Positions 53,020-64,000 of a DNA stretch of 64,000 nucleotides are shown piece after piece; position 1 is the first letter of the stretch; each line of letters begins with the position of its first letter. The stretch comes from Octopus vulgaris. Lineage: Eukaryota. Under the pieces are notes generated by a model. It saw only the letters and a program-made list of their open reading frames with translations. It was not told where the DNA came from and searched no databases. The stretch covers positions 105,090,001-105,154,000 of the forward strand of contig OX597814.1 of NCBI GenBank assembly GCA_951406725.2, read 5' to 3'. A program made the translations under genes and the position numbers.

Positions 53020-53344
53020 TAGTACATCCAGTACACACACACGAAAATATTTCGGTTTAACCGCGACCTCGTTTACGCAACGTCTGAACAACCACATGTC
53101 CTCTTTTATGATACCGTTAAAGCGCAACATCACGTCACTGGCAAACCACGCATGGCGCTTAAAACAGGAAGGAACCCCATACGTAATTAAATGGAAGCTC
53201 CTTGAAGTAGGAACAAACGGTGTAACATTTCTTGACAGAAAGAGCAAGAAACCGAAAAGACTTGCTCGACTCAGGAACCTTTGTAAACTCCAGGAAAGAA
53301 GCATTTATTCAGTGCCCTCAGGTAAAATGTTTCCTACAACTTAG
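53020..53344 (+). mobile_element. Penelope-like element GIY-YIG endonuclease relic
   Basis: KYFGLTATSFTQRLNNHMSSF...RNITSLANHAWRLKQEGTPYVIKWKLL matches the Y(I/F)G.T...F..R..NH..SF...T.L..H.W.LK pattern of PLE endonucleases. Confidence 0.7.
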
Positions 53345-54149
53345 AATACCCATTCGATGAATAGGCCCGCTGCATCTCCTTCGAATATCACCACAGCCAG
53401 AGCCGATGTAAGTGGAGTAGCTCCGTCCCGCCTGCAATGCGGAGAAATATATTTTTTGTATACAAAACTAATTTACCGCGACGTATTAAATTTCAGTTAA
53501 GCTGTTGAAATGTGAAGCTAACAGTTTAAGAAATACTTCTAATTTAAAGGTTTATGAATAGAATTAACCAAGTGAATTCATAAATCCAACTATCTGAGTC
53601 AATGAGTCCCTGAAGCTTAGCAATACTGAGCCGATGAGTCTATAATCTAAATATCTATAATAAAATTCTAATTGATAAATATAAATTTTTATTAAAACAA
53701 AACACGCAGGTGAAGTAAATCTCGTGGTGTGAAGAATCAACAGAACACAACGCGCGGTTGTCACGGTAACAATCTGTTAAAGCCTCGCTGTCTATTGATT
53801 GGCTAAAATTACCCAAATTTCCCAACTTTAATTACAAATAACATCAGATTCTTTAATTTACGAGATAAAGTAATTGGTTGATGGTAAGCAAAATTCGGAG
53901 TTGCATCTATGCGTCAAAACTAAAAGCAATCTGATCAAAATTAAAGGGGACTCATTTTGTCAATGAAACTAACGAGATCCAAAAGTTTTAACAATGGTTT
54001 GAGATAATCTTTAACATATATACAATCAAATTCTTATAGAATTCTCATAGGCGGAATTCCAAAAAGATATATAGGTATGTTAGTTTTTGTTGAGGACTTT
54101 TTTTGTGAAGTAAAGTTCCGGTTTTTTTTTCGGCATTTTGAATTTTCCT

Positions 54150-54745
54150 TCACATATTTGCAAATGTTTCTTTTTTCCAAACGTTTAATTTTGGTACAAA
54201 CTTCTTTATGAAATGTTGCTCCATTGTTTTTCAGGAGTTTGGGTCTTTCCTTGAGCATTTCTAGAAGGGGAAAGGTTTTGAATTTTCCTTCTCTATATAT
54301 TTCCATATGTTTGCTCAGTGGAATTTTCCGTAGCTCCTCTTGTCAGATCTGTTATTTGTGGATACTTGCACGTTGGCAAAGGGAATTATTGGTTTCGCTA
54401 ATATAATTCCCCTTGCATCTGGGCCAACGAATGCAGTGTATGAGGTTTTGTGTCTTGCAGTTCATTTATGTTAAACGAGAATCCATTCATAAATTTTATG
54501 TGGGTGTCTCCGTCTATATATTTGTAGTTGTTGTTGTTGTTGCATATTGCACATCTGCTGTCTCCACATTCCTTTTCGGAGAATTCTGTTTCATTCTCTG
54601 ATGTGAATTTTGCTCTTGTAAGATGTTTTTTAAGGTTCTTCTTTCCTGGCGTTTACTATTTCGTAGGTCGCTTTTGTCTATCAGTTTTCACATTCTGGGG
54701 CTCTGTAAGACTATTGCTAAGTTTAATTGTACATCACTTCAAAAA
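54150..54745 (-). mobile_element. Penelope-like element C-terminal relic (Cys linker plus GIY-YIG), different subfamily
   Basis: Minus strand: ..LTRAKFTSENETEFSEKECGDSRCAIC.. then MNCKTQNLIHCIRWPRCKGNYISETNNSLCQRASIHK*QI; frameshifted. Confidence 0.7.
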
Positions 54746-54765
54746 CTCTCTCACATCTTCTCTCT

Positions 54766-54859
<94 letters not shown>

Positions 54860-55006
54860 GTAAAAAACAATTAAGATTCAAGTGAGTTCCAATGAATTCA
54901 CATGAATGCAGTACTTAACTTAGATGCACCAGAAATCTATATGGTATTAACCATAAAATAATGTGGGGTGATTATAAACAAGAAAAAAGCAACAAGAATG
55001 GATGAG

Positions 55007-55097
55007 TTTCAGTACAATTGTTTCATACGAAGAACAGCTTTATTAAAAGCTGCAAATATTGCAGCAAATACAAATGTCCCGTATTCATCAGCCAAAA
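55007..55097 (-). ncRNA. Type I hammerhead ribozyme, canonical core, extended stem II
   Basis: TTTTGG|CTGATGA|ATACG..GCTGCAA-TAT-TTGCAGC..CGTAT|GAAAC-AATT-GTA|CTGAAA. Confidence 0.75.
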
Positions 55098-55465
55098 GAC
55101 ATATGAGTTTTCCAAACATCCTAGGGGGTATATACACGCCTACATAATGGTACATTCTGCCAAACAACCCCGCAGATTTGCGGGCTGTAGATGTGGACGT
55201 CTTCAAAGAACGTCTGTAGAAATTTTTATCTGAAATACCAGATGAACCCATATTGCGGCAGAAGGCAAAGGGGAGCAGCTCCGCCCGACTATCTAATTTA
55301 CCAGGAACAATGCAGAAAAGGAATCCAATCGCACTGAAAAGCAGTGCTCCAGCATGGCCTCAGCTTCTGGCCGTAACCAGTAATGGATGAAAGACGTATG
55401 TGTGTTAGTTTGTGTGTTATTAGTTGTTAGGGTTAAATGTATAGAATACCTCTTTTTTATATCGT

Positions 55466-55571
<106 letters not shown>

Positions 55572-55717
55572 ATTAGAGCACGGGCCCCTCACAGATATTC
55601 AATCCGTAATTAGAAGAAATTAGCTTTTCTTAGGCTGATTGCATAGCCATTCCTATGCATTATTATTTGGGTATCTGCCAATATTTAATGGAAAGCTTAC
55701 TCGCAGAATCACACGGA

Positions 55718-56057
55718 TGAAGAAGATGAAGAAGATGATGAAGAAGAAGAAGAAGAAGAAGAAGAAGAAGAAGAAGAAGAAGAAGAAGAGGTGGAGAAGA
55801 AGCGGAAGAGGAGAAGGATGAGAAGAAAAAGAAGAAGAAGAAGAAGAAGAAGAAGAAGAAGAAGAGGTGGAGAAGAAGAAGAAGAAGAAGAGGAAGAGGT
55901 GGAGAAGAAGAAGAAGAAGAAGAAGAAGAAGAAGAAGAGGTAGAGGAGGAGGAAGAAAAGGAAAGATAGCAGCAGTAATAGTGGTGTTGGTGGTTATAGT
56001 GTTGGTGGTGATGGTGGTGATGGTGGTGGTGGTGGTGGTGGTGGTGGTGGTGGTGGT
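55718..56057. repeat. (GAA)n and (GGT)n microsatellites
   Basis: Direct inspection. Confidence 0.95.
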
Positions 56058-56501
56058 AGGGACAACAGCAGTAGCGTCTGCAGTGGTGGATGTATTGGGA
56101 GTATAAGAAAAGTATAAAGAAAAAGAAAAAGAAACTGTGATGCCTGGTAATTCTTAAGTAACAGTGCTTCCTACTTTGAGAATAAATGGTGTGTTGATTC
56201 CTATGTGGCGCAATCCAGTCAACTTTCCAATACGGGTGAAAGCCTGCAAAATTCTGCAGATTACTCCAGAAACAGTGAAATTATTTTAAAATTGACTCCC
56301 GTTGCCAAGAAGTCTTTGAAAACATCTTTCATTGTCAGTAGACTTCTTCGTTCTCTATCAGGAGAAGAAAATTGCGAAAGAAGAAAAAACGTTGCGAGCT
56401 AACAATTATTTAACAGTTCTTTATTAATGTCTGTCTGTGTGTCTTCCTGATTTACCTTTGCTTCGTTTTTCCTCACTTTCACAGAAAAAAAAGACCCCCT
56501 C

Positions 56502-56540
<39 letters not shown>

Positions 56541-56689
56541 CTACTCATGCTTTTGCTCGTACATGTATCCACATGCACAAAAGGTGTCTTCGACATCCGC
56601 TTCAAAGGAAATTGTCAGCGCTGCCATCTTTACCTTCTTCCTTTCCTTGTACCACATGACAAGATTCCGAGTTCGAATCCAGGCAGTGA

Positions 56690-56849
<160 letters not shown>

Positions 56850-56925
56850 AATAATAACAACAACAACAACAACAACATCGAAAAATACCTTAGGAATGAG
56901 AACCCAGGTTCGAAATTTCCCCCAA

Positions 56926-56971
56926 GACACCTGAAGAAAGCTGGAGGGTATATCAGTCGAAACGTTGTGTT
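56926..56971 (+). ncRNA. Minimal type I hammerhead-like motif (CUGAAGA core)
   Basis: GACAC|CTGAAGA|AA-GCTG-GAGGGTATAT-CAGT-C|GAAAC|GTT|GTGTT; palindromic AACGTT stem III; follows (TAA/TGA/CAA)n. Confidence 0.6.
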
Positions 56972-57794
56972 AACAACAAACAAGATAAGGACAAATATCC
57001 GTCAAATGTAAATAATATAAATGAAGTTGATTTCTTCCACTGGTAAAAAGTGGGAAGTGATATTTACTATGAAGCTCAACGAAGACCTCCCCACCTCACA
57101 AAAGTTATCTTCGGTTTTTGAACATTTTTCTCCCATTGATGGCTGCCGTGTAGCTTTTGAGCAAGTTCGCTCGGCTTCATTCGTGGAGAATATAAACAAA
57201 CACTCAAAGTGAGATTTGATATAATTAATGTAAATGATGGAAGAATATTGTATTAATTAAGAATATTTCCGTAGTGAGGAGAACAAAATCATTAAATGAA
57301 TGACATATTTAATTTGATCTTGACTGTATGACAGATATTATCTTCAGGAGATTTACAGAGTGGTGGTGGTGGTGGTGGTGGTGGGAATGGAAGAGAAGGG
57401 AGAGAGAAGAGGAGAGAGAGAAAGAGAAACACACTGAAGGAGAAAGAGTGGAGTACAAAGACAGAAAGAGAGAATGGGAAGGAGCTACTTTTGAAAATAC
57501 ATTCAAAATTTTCGCTAATTTGCTCAGCAGTACATCCTTCAGTTGGCGATTGGTGAATAAAGAACTTATTTCTGATGTCGAATCTGTTGCGCAGAATTGC
57601 ATCGCTGCGACGTCAAGAAATGATGTTGAAATATTTTCAGGAACGGTTCAATAGAAGCATTTCTCAAACAGATACAGGACCAAATGCGTTTCAGCGACAC
57701 CAGTCGACTGTCTGTCAGACAATAATATTATCCATTGTTTCCTTCCTTTAAATTAGAAGAACTTTTCATGACATTTAGTTTCTATATCTAAATA

Positions 57795-58122
57795 GTGAGG
57801 GCACGTGGCTTAGTGGTTAGGGCATTCGGCTCATGATCGTAAGGTTGTGAGTTCGATTCCCGGCGACGCGTTGTGTCCTTGAGCAAGACACTTTATTTCA
57901 CGTTGCTCCAGTCCACTCAGCTGGCAAAAATGAGTTGTACTTGTATTTCAAAGGGTCAGCCTTGTCACTCTCTGTGTCACGCTGATTATCCCCGAGAACT
58001 ACGTTAAGGGTACACGTGTCTGTGGAATGCTCAGCCATTTGCACGTTAATTTCACGAGCAAGCTGTTCCGTTGATCGTATCAGCTGGGACCCTCGTCGTC
58101 GTAACCGGCGGAGTCTTTTTTT
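57795..58122 (+). mobile_element. tRNA-derived SINE with TSD
   Basis: GTGGCTTAGTGG box A, GAGTTCGATTCCC box B, T-tail; 12-bp TSD TATATCTAAATA (57783-57794, 58123-58134). Confidence 0.9.
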
Positions 58123-58304
58123 TATATCTAAATATGTTCAGCAAACAACGAATCGACCATGTTGCCTATGACATCGCTAAAAACAGGACTTCCCCATTAG
58201 TAAAAAAAAAAAAACCGGGTTAGGTATCTAAATACAACTATTACGAATGGACTGGGTATTGGGATAAGATTATCATAATAATGATGATGATGATGATGAT
58301 GATG

Positions 58305-58418
<114 letters not shown>

Positions 58419-58940
58419 GGATGTGACGTAGTGTGTTCAGAAGTTACGAGTTAGAAATATTCAGTCAGTCTTGCGCATTAGGCATAAGGAGATTAACACC
58501 ATTTCTACAATTTTGTTGATACAAGAATAGGATTTAATCCCCGTGTTTGAGTAACCACAAATAAAGGGAGCACTCGTCTTCCAGTTCAATTTTGGAAGAG
58601 GGCTCGAAAATGTGTCCTAAATATTTCCTGGTCTGTAAGGTGGTTCACGATGCATTTCTCTTCCGTTCAACAACAACGTATTTAAAAACGGAAACAAATG
58701 GATTTGTGAAGCGTGTCGGATGATAAAAAATGTATCAGGCCTCGCATCCGTAATGTCCCTCCTTGTTATAAACATGCCATCGCACATCTGAGAATGTAAA
58801 CGTATTATGTGCCTGCAAAAGTTTCGATTGGGTGGAACTGAGTGAAACTGTTGGTAGATATTTATAACTGAAGCTAAAGATCTTGGACTCTAGTTTATTT
58901 CGTTTGTTCCCTTTGATAAATACAGACATACATACATACA

Positions 58941-58976
<36 letters not shown>

Positions 58977-59301
58977 TATATAATAACGAAGGACTTGTAC
59001 GCAATATAAAAACAAAAAGGGGAAAGCACAACTTTTCCTAATTGTGACTGAAGGTGTTGAGTAGCACCTATATTGTTAGAAATATTATCATATTCTGACA
59101 AGCGAGATAACAGTCCCTGTTATCTCTTTTGTCAGTATATGATAATGTGCTTTCTTGCAGCTGAGAGGGTTTTAGGGTTTTAACTCTTATTTCTATCAGC
59201 ACACGTTCTGCACCATCGGTCCCAATGAGTGACAATTGTAATTTTCCTTTTGGGCTTTATATTGCGCAAAGCTGCCTTCGTTTTATATATATATATATAT
59301 A

Positions 59302-59962
59302 TATAATTAGAGTTCAGCTAACTGCTTCACCACATACCGAAATTAGAAGAAGGAGTTAAAAATTCCTTTTCTACTACTATAAGAATATACATGACGGTAA
59401 ACATACTTTTTAAATTTGAAATTATAAGTTACTCCATGATAGAATACTGCAGTTTTCTGCGGTATTGCTCGTAGCATACACGTGGGTATAGAGTTTGAAT
59501 AGTGTATTCACATTCGGCTCTGTAAAATTTGGAAGTGATGGTTGGATATCTGTTACATGATGACGCTCGATTGTGTGCATATTCAGCCCTTGCACTTTCA
59601 AATTTTATAAAAAACTGTAAATATTATACTGAAGAGAGAAGTAAGTAAAATTTAAATTAACTTTAATCTCGAAATGCGTATATAGTTAATCCTGGTCGTG
59701 TTGATTCAATGTTTTTCTCCTTGCCTTCGTAAAAAAGTATGTTTACCGTCATGGAGATTCTTATAGTAGTAGAAAAGGAATTTTTAACTCCTTTTTCTAA
59801 ATTCGGTATGTGGTGAAACAGTTAGCTGAAACCTAATTATAATTATGTAGATAATTTTACATATAAAGGCTATTTTAATGTACCGATCTACTTGGTAAAA
59901 TTATTAATCAATTGATTAATTTATTAATTTAATTAATAAATTTTATCCTTCTGTTATTAATT
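59302..59962 (+). mobile_element. (TA)n-flanked Penelope pLTR/retrozyme-like element with inverted 5' copy and hammerhead
   Basis: IR 59302-59411 / 59731-59841; hammerhead 59624-59685; TTTCTA-stem-ACTTGGT motif 59794-59896. Confidence 0.65.
59624..59685 (+). ncRNA. Type I hammerhead-like motif (CUGAAGA core)
   Basis: TTATA|CTGAAGA|GAGA...TCTC|GAAAT-GC-GTA|TATAG. Confidence 0.65.
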
Positions 59963-60089
59963 TATATATATATATATATATGGAACTTTGGAAAACTGTT
60001 TACAACCTATATCTGCCTCTAATGGAACTATCTCCAATATTTCATGAGTATAACCTCACCCACTAAGATATCTAGAGAACTCAAATGTA

Positions 60090-60180
60090 TTTTAGCTGAT
60101 GAGTACGGGACACTTTTATCTGCTGCAATTTTTGCAACTTGTAATAAAGCCTGTCTTTGTATGAAACAATTGTACTAAAA
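60090..60180 (+). ncRNA. Type I hammerhead ribozyme, canonical core, extended stem II
   Basis: TTTTAG|CTGATGA|GTACGGGACA..TGCAA-TTT-TTGCA..TGTCTTTGTAT|GAAAC-AATT-GTA|CTAAAA; diverged homolog of 55007-55097. Confidence 0.78.
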
Positions 60181-60209
60181 ACTAATCCATTCTTGTTGCT
60201 TCTTTCTCG

Positions 60210-60240
<31 letters not shown>

Positions 60241-61342
60241 TATATATATATCATATATGTGTGTGTGTGAGTTGTGTGTGTGTCTGTGTGTGTTCATTTA
60301 TACACACACGCGTAATAACTAAGAGAGACAATGAAAATATACAGCTGTTAACTGGTTTTGAGCGGAAGGCTCCAATGTTAAAATTATTTTCCTCATTGAG
60401 AAATCAATCTTCTGACGGGGAGAATTTGCAAAAATAATTCAAAACATACCAACATATAAACATGTGCACAAAAATACATATGAGATATATTAATAAGCAC
60501 ATATGACATGTGTATGTAGAAACTCACTACATGTCCCCAGTTTCTCAGTTTTCCCCGGGGCTGGTCTTTATCAACATTGTCATTTTATTATTTACAATGG
60601 AGTTAATTATCATTCCCCACCCGACATCTTATAAGACTCTCTTTTCTATCATATGTTTTCGGTTTATTAGTTTTTCAATGCACACTTCATCAGAGTTTCA
60701 ATGTTTTGTGATGTACGAGACTTCAGGGCTCTTCAAACTCCAACGAATCAGCATTTTTACAAGAATTTGCTTTCCGCCTATGAAATACAAAACCGTCATG
60801 TGTTTGTTTGTCATAAATTCTTGCTGAAATACAGATCAGGTGGTTTTACGTGGCATTTGAAACTAAGATATAGATGCAGATAATCTGTGAGAGCTGTCTA
60901 TGTCCCTATTACAAAATTACAAAATGCAAAACGTTTTTTCTCATGTCCATTATCTCTCAAAATATTGTTCAAGCATTTTAGAATAATGAAGAGTTCTGTG
61001 ACAAACGACGTCTTACTAAGTTTTCCTGGGGATGGAAAAACAGCCGTCAGTGAAGAAATTGCGTTACCATCACGTGATCCCTCTTACAGTGTGCATAGCT
61101 ACATGTTCCTAATTAAAACTGACGAACAACACTTCAGCATCAAAAAACCTTCACTTCTTCAAAAGCCACAGAATAGCAAAATGTTTCTAGAGGGATTGAA
61201 AATTTATGCTATTCACTTGTTTCCAATACTCATGACGTAAAAGAAATAGTTTTGAGCAGAAAACAAAACATTTAGAGCATTTAGCGATCTTTTGGATATG
61301 ATGGAAGTGCAATTATATCTATTATTATTATTATTATTATTA

Positions 61343-61412
<70 letters not shown>

Positions 61413-61413
<1 letters not shown>

Positions 61414-63176
61414 GCCTATGCACAGCTTCTAACGCTGCAGGTGTATTACGGTTAGCTGTTCATTACCAGTGAACTAAGGTAACCCCCTCTTATTTTTCGA
61501 GCACCATCCGGAGTATTCGAACGAATCCAAGAAGTGCTGTTTTCTGCAAGTGCTCCACCCTTATTGCAACCTTTATTTGTTCCATGTACTTCTCGAGATT
61601 TTACTCATTGTTCCCAGGGCTCCGACAATTATTGGTACTACTGATACCTTTCTCATCGACCACAACTGCTTAACTTCCCAAGCTAACCTGTCATATCTGT
61701 CAACTTTTCTTTCTTCCTTATTGCCTACCTTGTTGTCTGCTGGGCATGCTATATCTAGGATCCAGTATAGTTTGCTTTCTTTCTCAATTAAGACTATGTC
61801 TGTCTTCTTATTCTCTATCTTATGGTCGCAATGAATCATAAAATCCCATAGAATCTTTGCATCTCTATTTTCGACGATGCCTTCAGGTTTGTGGTCGTAC
61901 CAAGTTTTTGCTCTGTCAAGTTTCAGAGTGTCCAATGAACAAACCTGGCTATATTGTCGTGGCGTTTCTAATATTCATTCTGGGCTAATGGCGTACATTG
62001 GCTGGTAATATGCCAAACGCTTTCACCATTTTGTTCACAAATTCTGCACTTATCACTTTCTGCTGTGTTGTCTAATCTGTATTTTATGTAGTTTATTCTG
62101 AGTGCTTGCTCTTGGGCAGCACAGATTAGAGCCTCCGTTTCCGGTTTTAAATCACTTTTAGTCATCCACAGCCATCTTTTTTCTCTATCTGTCATATCTT
62201 CAACATCTCTATGAAATTGACCATGCATTCTTTTCTTTACCCACCTATTTTCAGTTTCATTCATTTTCAATTTCTTGTATAGTGCTTTATTTGTGCAGTC
62301 TTTCATCCTACACAATCCTGACCTTCCTACTTCTAATAAAAGCGGTTCTGTGGCATTTTTTTTACATACCATGTTATGTTGTTTTCTCTTGCTCTAATGC
62401 AGTGTTCGCATCCAATAAGTCTCAGTCTGCGTAAGTACTCCACCTTAAATTTTTCTGTCATTTCTTTCTCCATCAATTTATCCATTTCCAAAATCCCCAA
62501 ATGCTTATAGCCCATCTCTTTCTTCTGCTTCATAACCTCTCCTGATGGTATCGCTAGCCCGTCCATACAACTGATTTTGCCTACCTTCAAGACTAACATA
62601 ACACACTTTTTCAGTCCGAACTCCATTCTGATATCAGCACTGAAAGTATACAACGCATCAACGAGGAAACGGACTTGGGATCCATCTTTACCATAAAGTT
62701 TGAGGTCATCCATGAATAACAAATAGTTGACTTTTTGCTGCTGGCTTTTGAATACATACCCAGCTTTTGCTTTCCTCAGAATCAATGTTAGTGGTATCAA
62801 GCACAATACAAAGATCAGTGGAGACAGGCAGTTCCCGAGGAAGATGCCCCTCCTAATTTCTACTGTCACTAAACTTCTTCCATATGCTGTCAGGTCCGTC
62901 CTCTTATTCACCATACTTTTTCCAAGCAATCGCTCAACATTCGATCCAATACGAAATAGGTTCATACACTCCATAATCCAGGAATGTGGGATCATATCGA
63001 ACGCCTTACGATAGTCGATCAATGACAAGTTAGTTTTCCTCCTCTTTCAGTCTATATGTACACTTTTGTCTATCAGGAGTTGATCCTTGGTACCTCTGCA
63101 CTTCTTTTGCAACACTTCTGCTCATGTGGCTGAACTCCATTTTTTCCCAGATGTTCTTACATTGACTCTGCGAGTT
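61413..63176 (-). mobile_element. R4/Dong-clade non-LTR retrotransposon, 5'-truncated, inside (TAA)n
   Basis: IDYRKAFDMIPHSWI, LLFMDDLKLY, ETEALICAAQEQAL, CRICEQNGESVWHITSQC, KILWDF..DIACPAD..VPIIVGALGT; (ATT)n at 61320-61412 and 63177-63344. Confidence 0.9.
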
Positions 63177-63194
63177 ATTATTATTATATTATTA

Positions 63195-63259
<65 letters not shown>

Positions 63260-63266
63260 GTTGTTG

Positions 63267-63346
<80 letters not shown>

Positions 63347-64000
63347 TAAAACCACCGACTTGCTACGTAAAAAATATTTATTTTTTAAGAAGCTAATCCG
63401 GAGGGAAAAGGAATTTATTTTAAATAGATGTATCGAAGCACCGGTCTGGAACATTTCTGCTCCCCTTACCGGAAGAGAACTAAAGATGGCAATTTTTAGC
63501 CATTTTAAGTATGAGCCTAAAATGTTAACGGGAGATGTAGGTAAAGTTGTACACTAAGAAATACGTGAACGAACACAACCATACAAATAAATATATGAAT
63601 AAATAAATAAGTATAAACAAAAATAGAAATGAACAAAAAATATCTTGCAAAGAAGGGTTTCAAAGGATATGCGTTTTTTCTTTTATATATACACTTTAAT
63701 TCTGGTGGGAATAGTTTTAGCGATGCTTTTGAAAATGACAACAACGGAACACCAACAACGAAGTTGAGGACAAAAGTGATACTTCTCATTCACAAATAAA
63801 TTTACCTGAACAATAATATATATGAAAATGGAAGCAGTTTTGCTGACATTGCTACTGGGAAGAAGTGATGGTATGTATCTAGTCAATATATGAAGCTTGG
63901 CAGGAATGTGTTACAAGGGCGTGCGCATCCTTGCCTGAATTCCTCCAAGAACGAGTAAAGAAAAAATGCTTTACATCTACTCACGAAAAGTGGAAGGGCA

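Noticed and set aside
53395-53460. CCGATGT...GCGGA-GAAAT downstream of the GIY-YIG relic
   Set aside because: Core and stem I are too degenerate to call, although the position would fit a pLTR hammerhead.
57797-57870. tRNA-like sequence (also 52280-52353)
   Set aside because: SINE head with body, tail and TSD; no proper acceptor stem.

Overview
AT-rich, microsatellite- and transposon-dense eukaryotic DNA, most likely an octopus (inferred from the SINE families and repeat landscape, not proven). Host genes: two intronless CAP/CRISP-family genes (3388-4302, interrupted by one in-frame TAG; 28940-29863, intact) and two intronless, divergent calcineurin B genes (9057-9563, 15959-16468) inside a local tandem duplication. 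Mobile DNA includes L1/Tx1-clade LINEs embedded in (TATC)n/(TC)n, R4/Dong-clade LINEs at (TAA)n, CRE-, CR1- and RTE-type fragments, two Penelope-type GIY-YIG relics, a mariner fragment, a non-autonomous Helitron, MITEs and many SINEs. The main unannotated signal is ten type I hammerhead-ribozyme-like folds read by eye: four with canonical CUGANGA cores, the others variant, decayed or truncated. Most have a palindromic minimal stem III and lie in short elements next to microsatellites. Two sit about 100 nt upstream of a second covarying motif (TTTCTA-stem...stem'-ACT(T)GGT), found in four divergent elements that also carry inverted or direct self-duplications. This resembles a Penelope pseudo-LTR/retrozyme-like non-coding mobile RNA system. 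All structures were paired manually; no folding or database searches were run.
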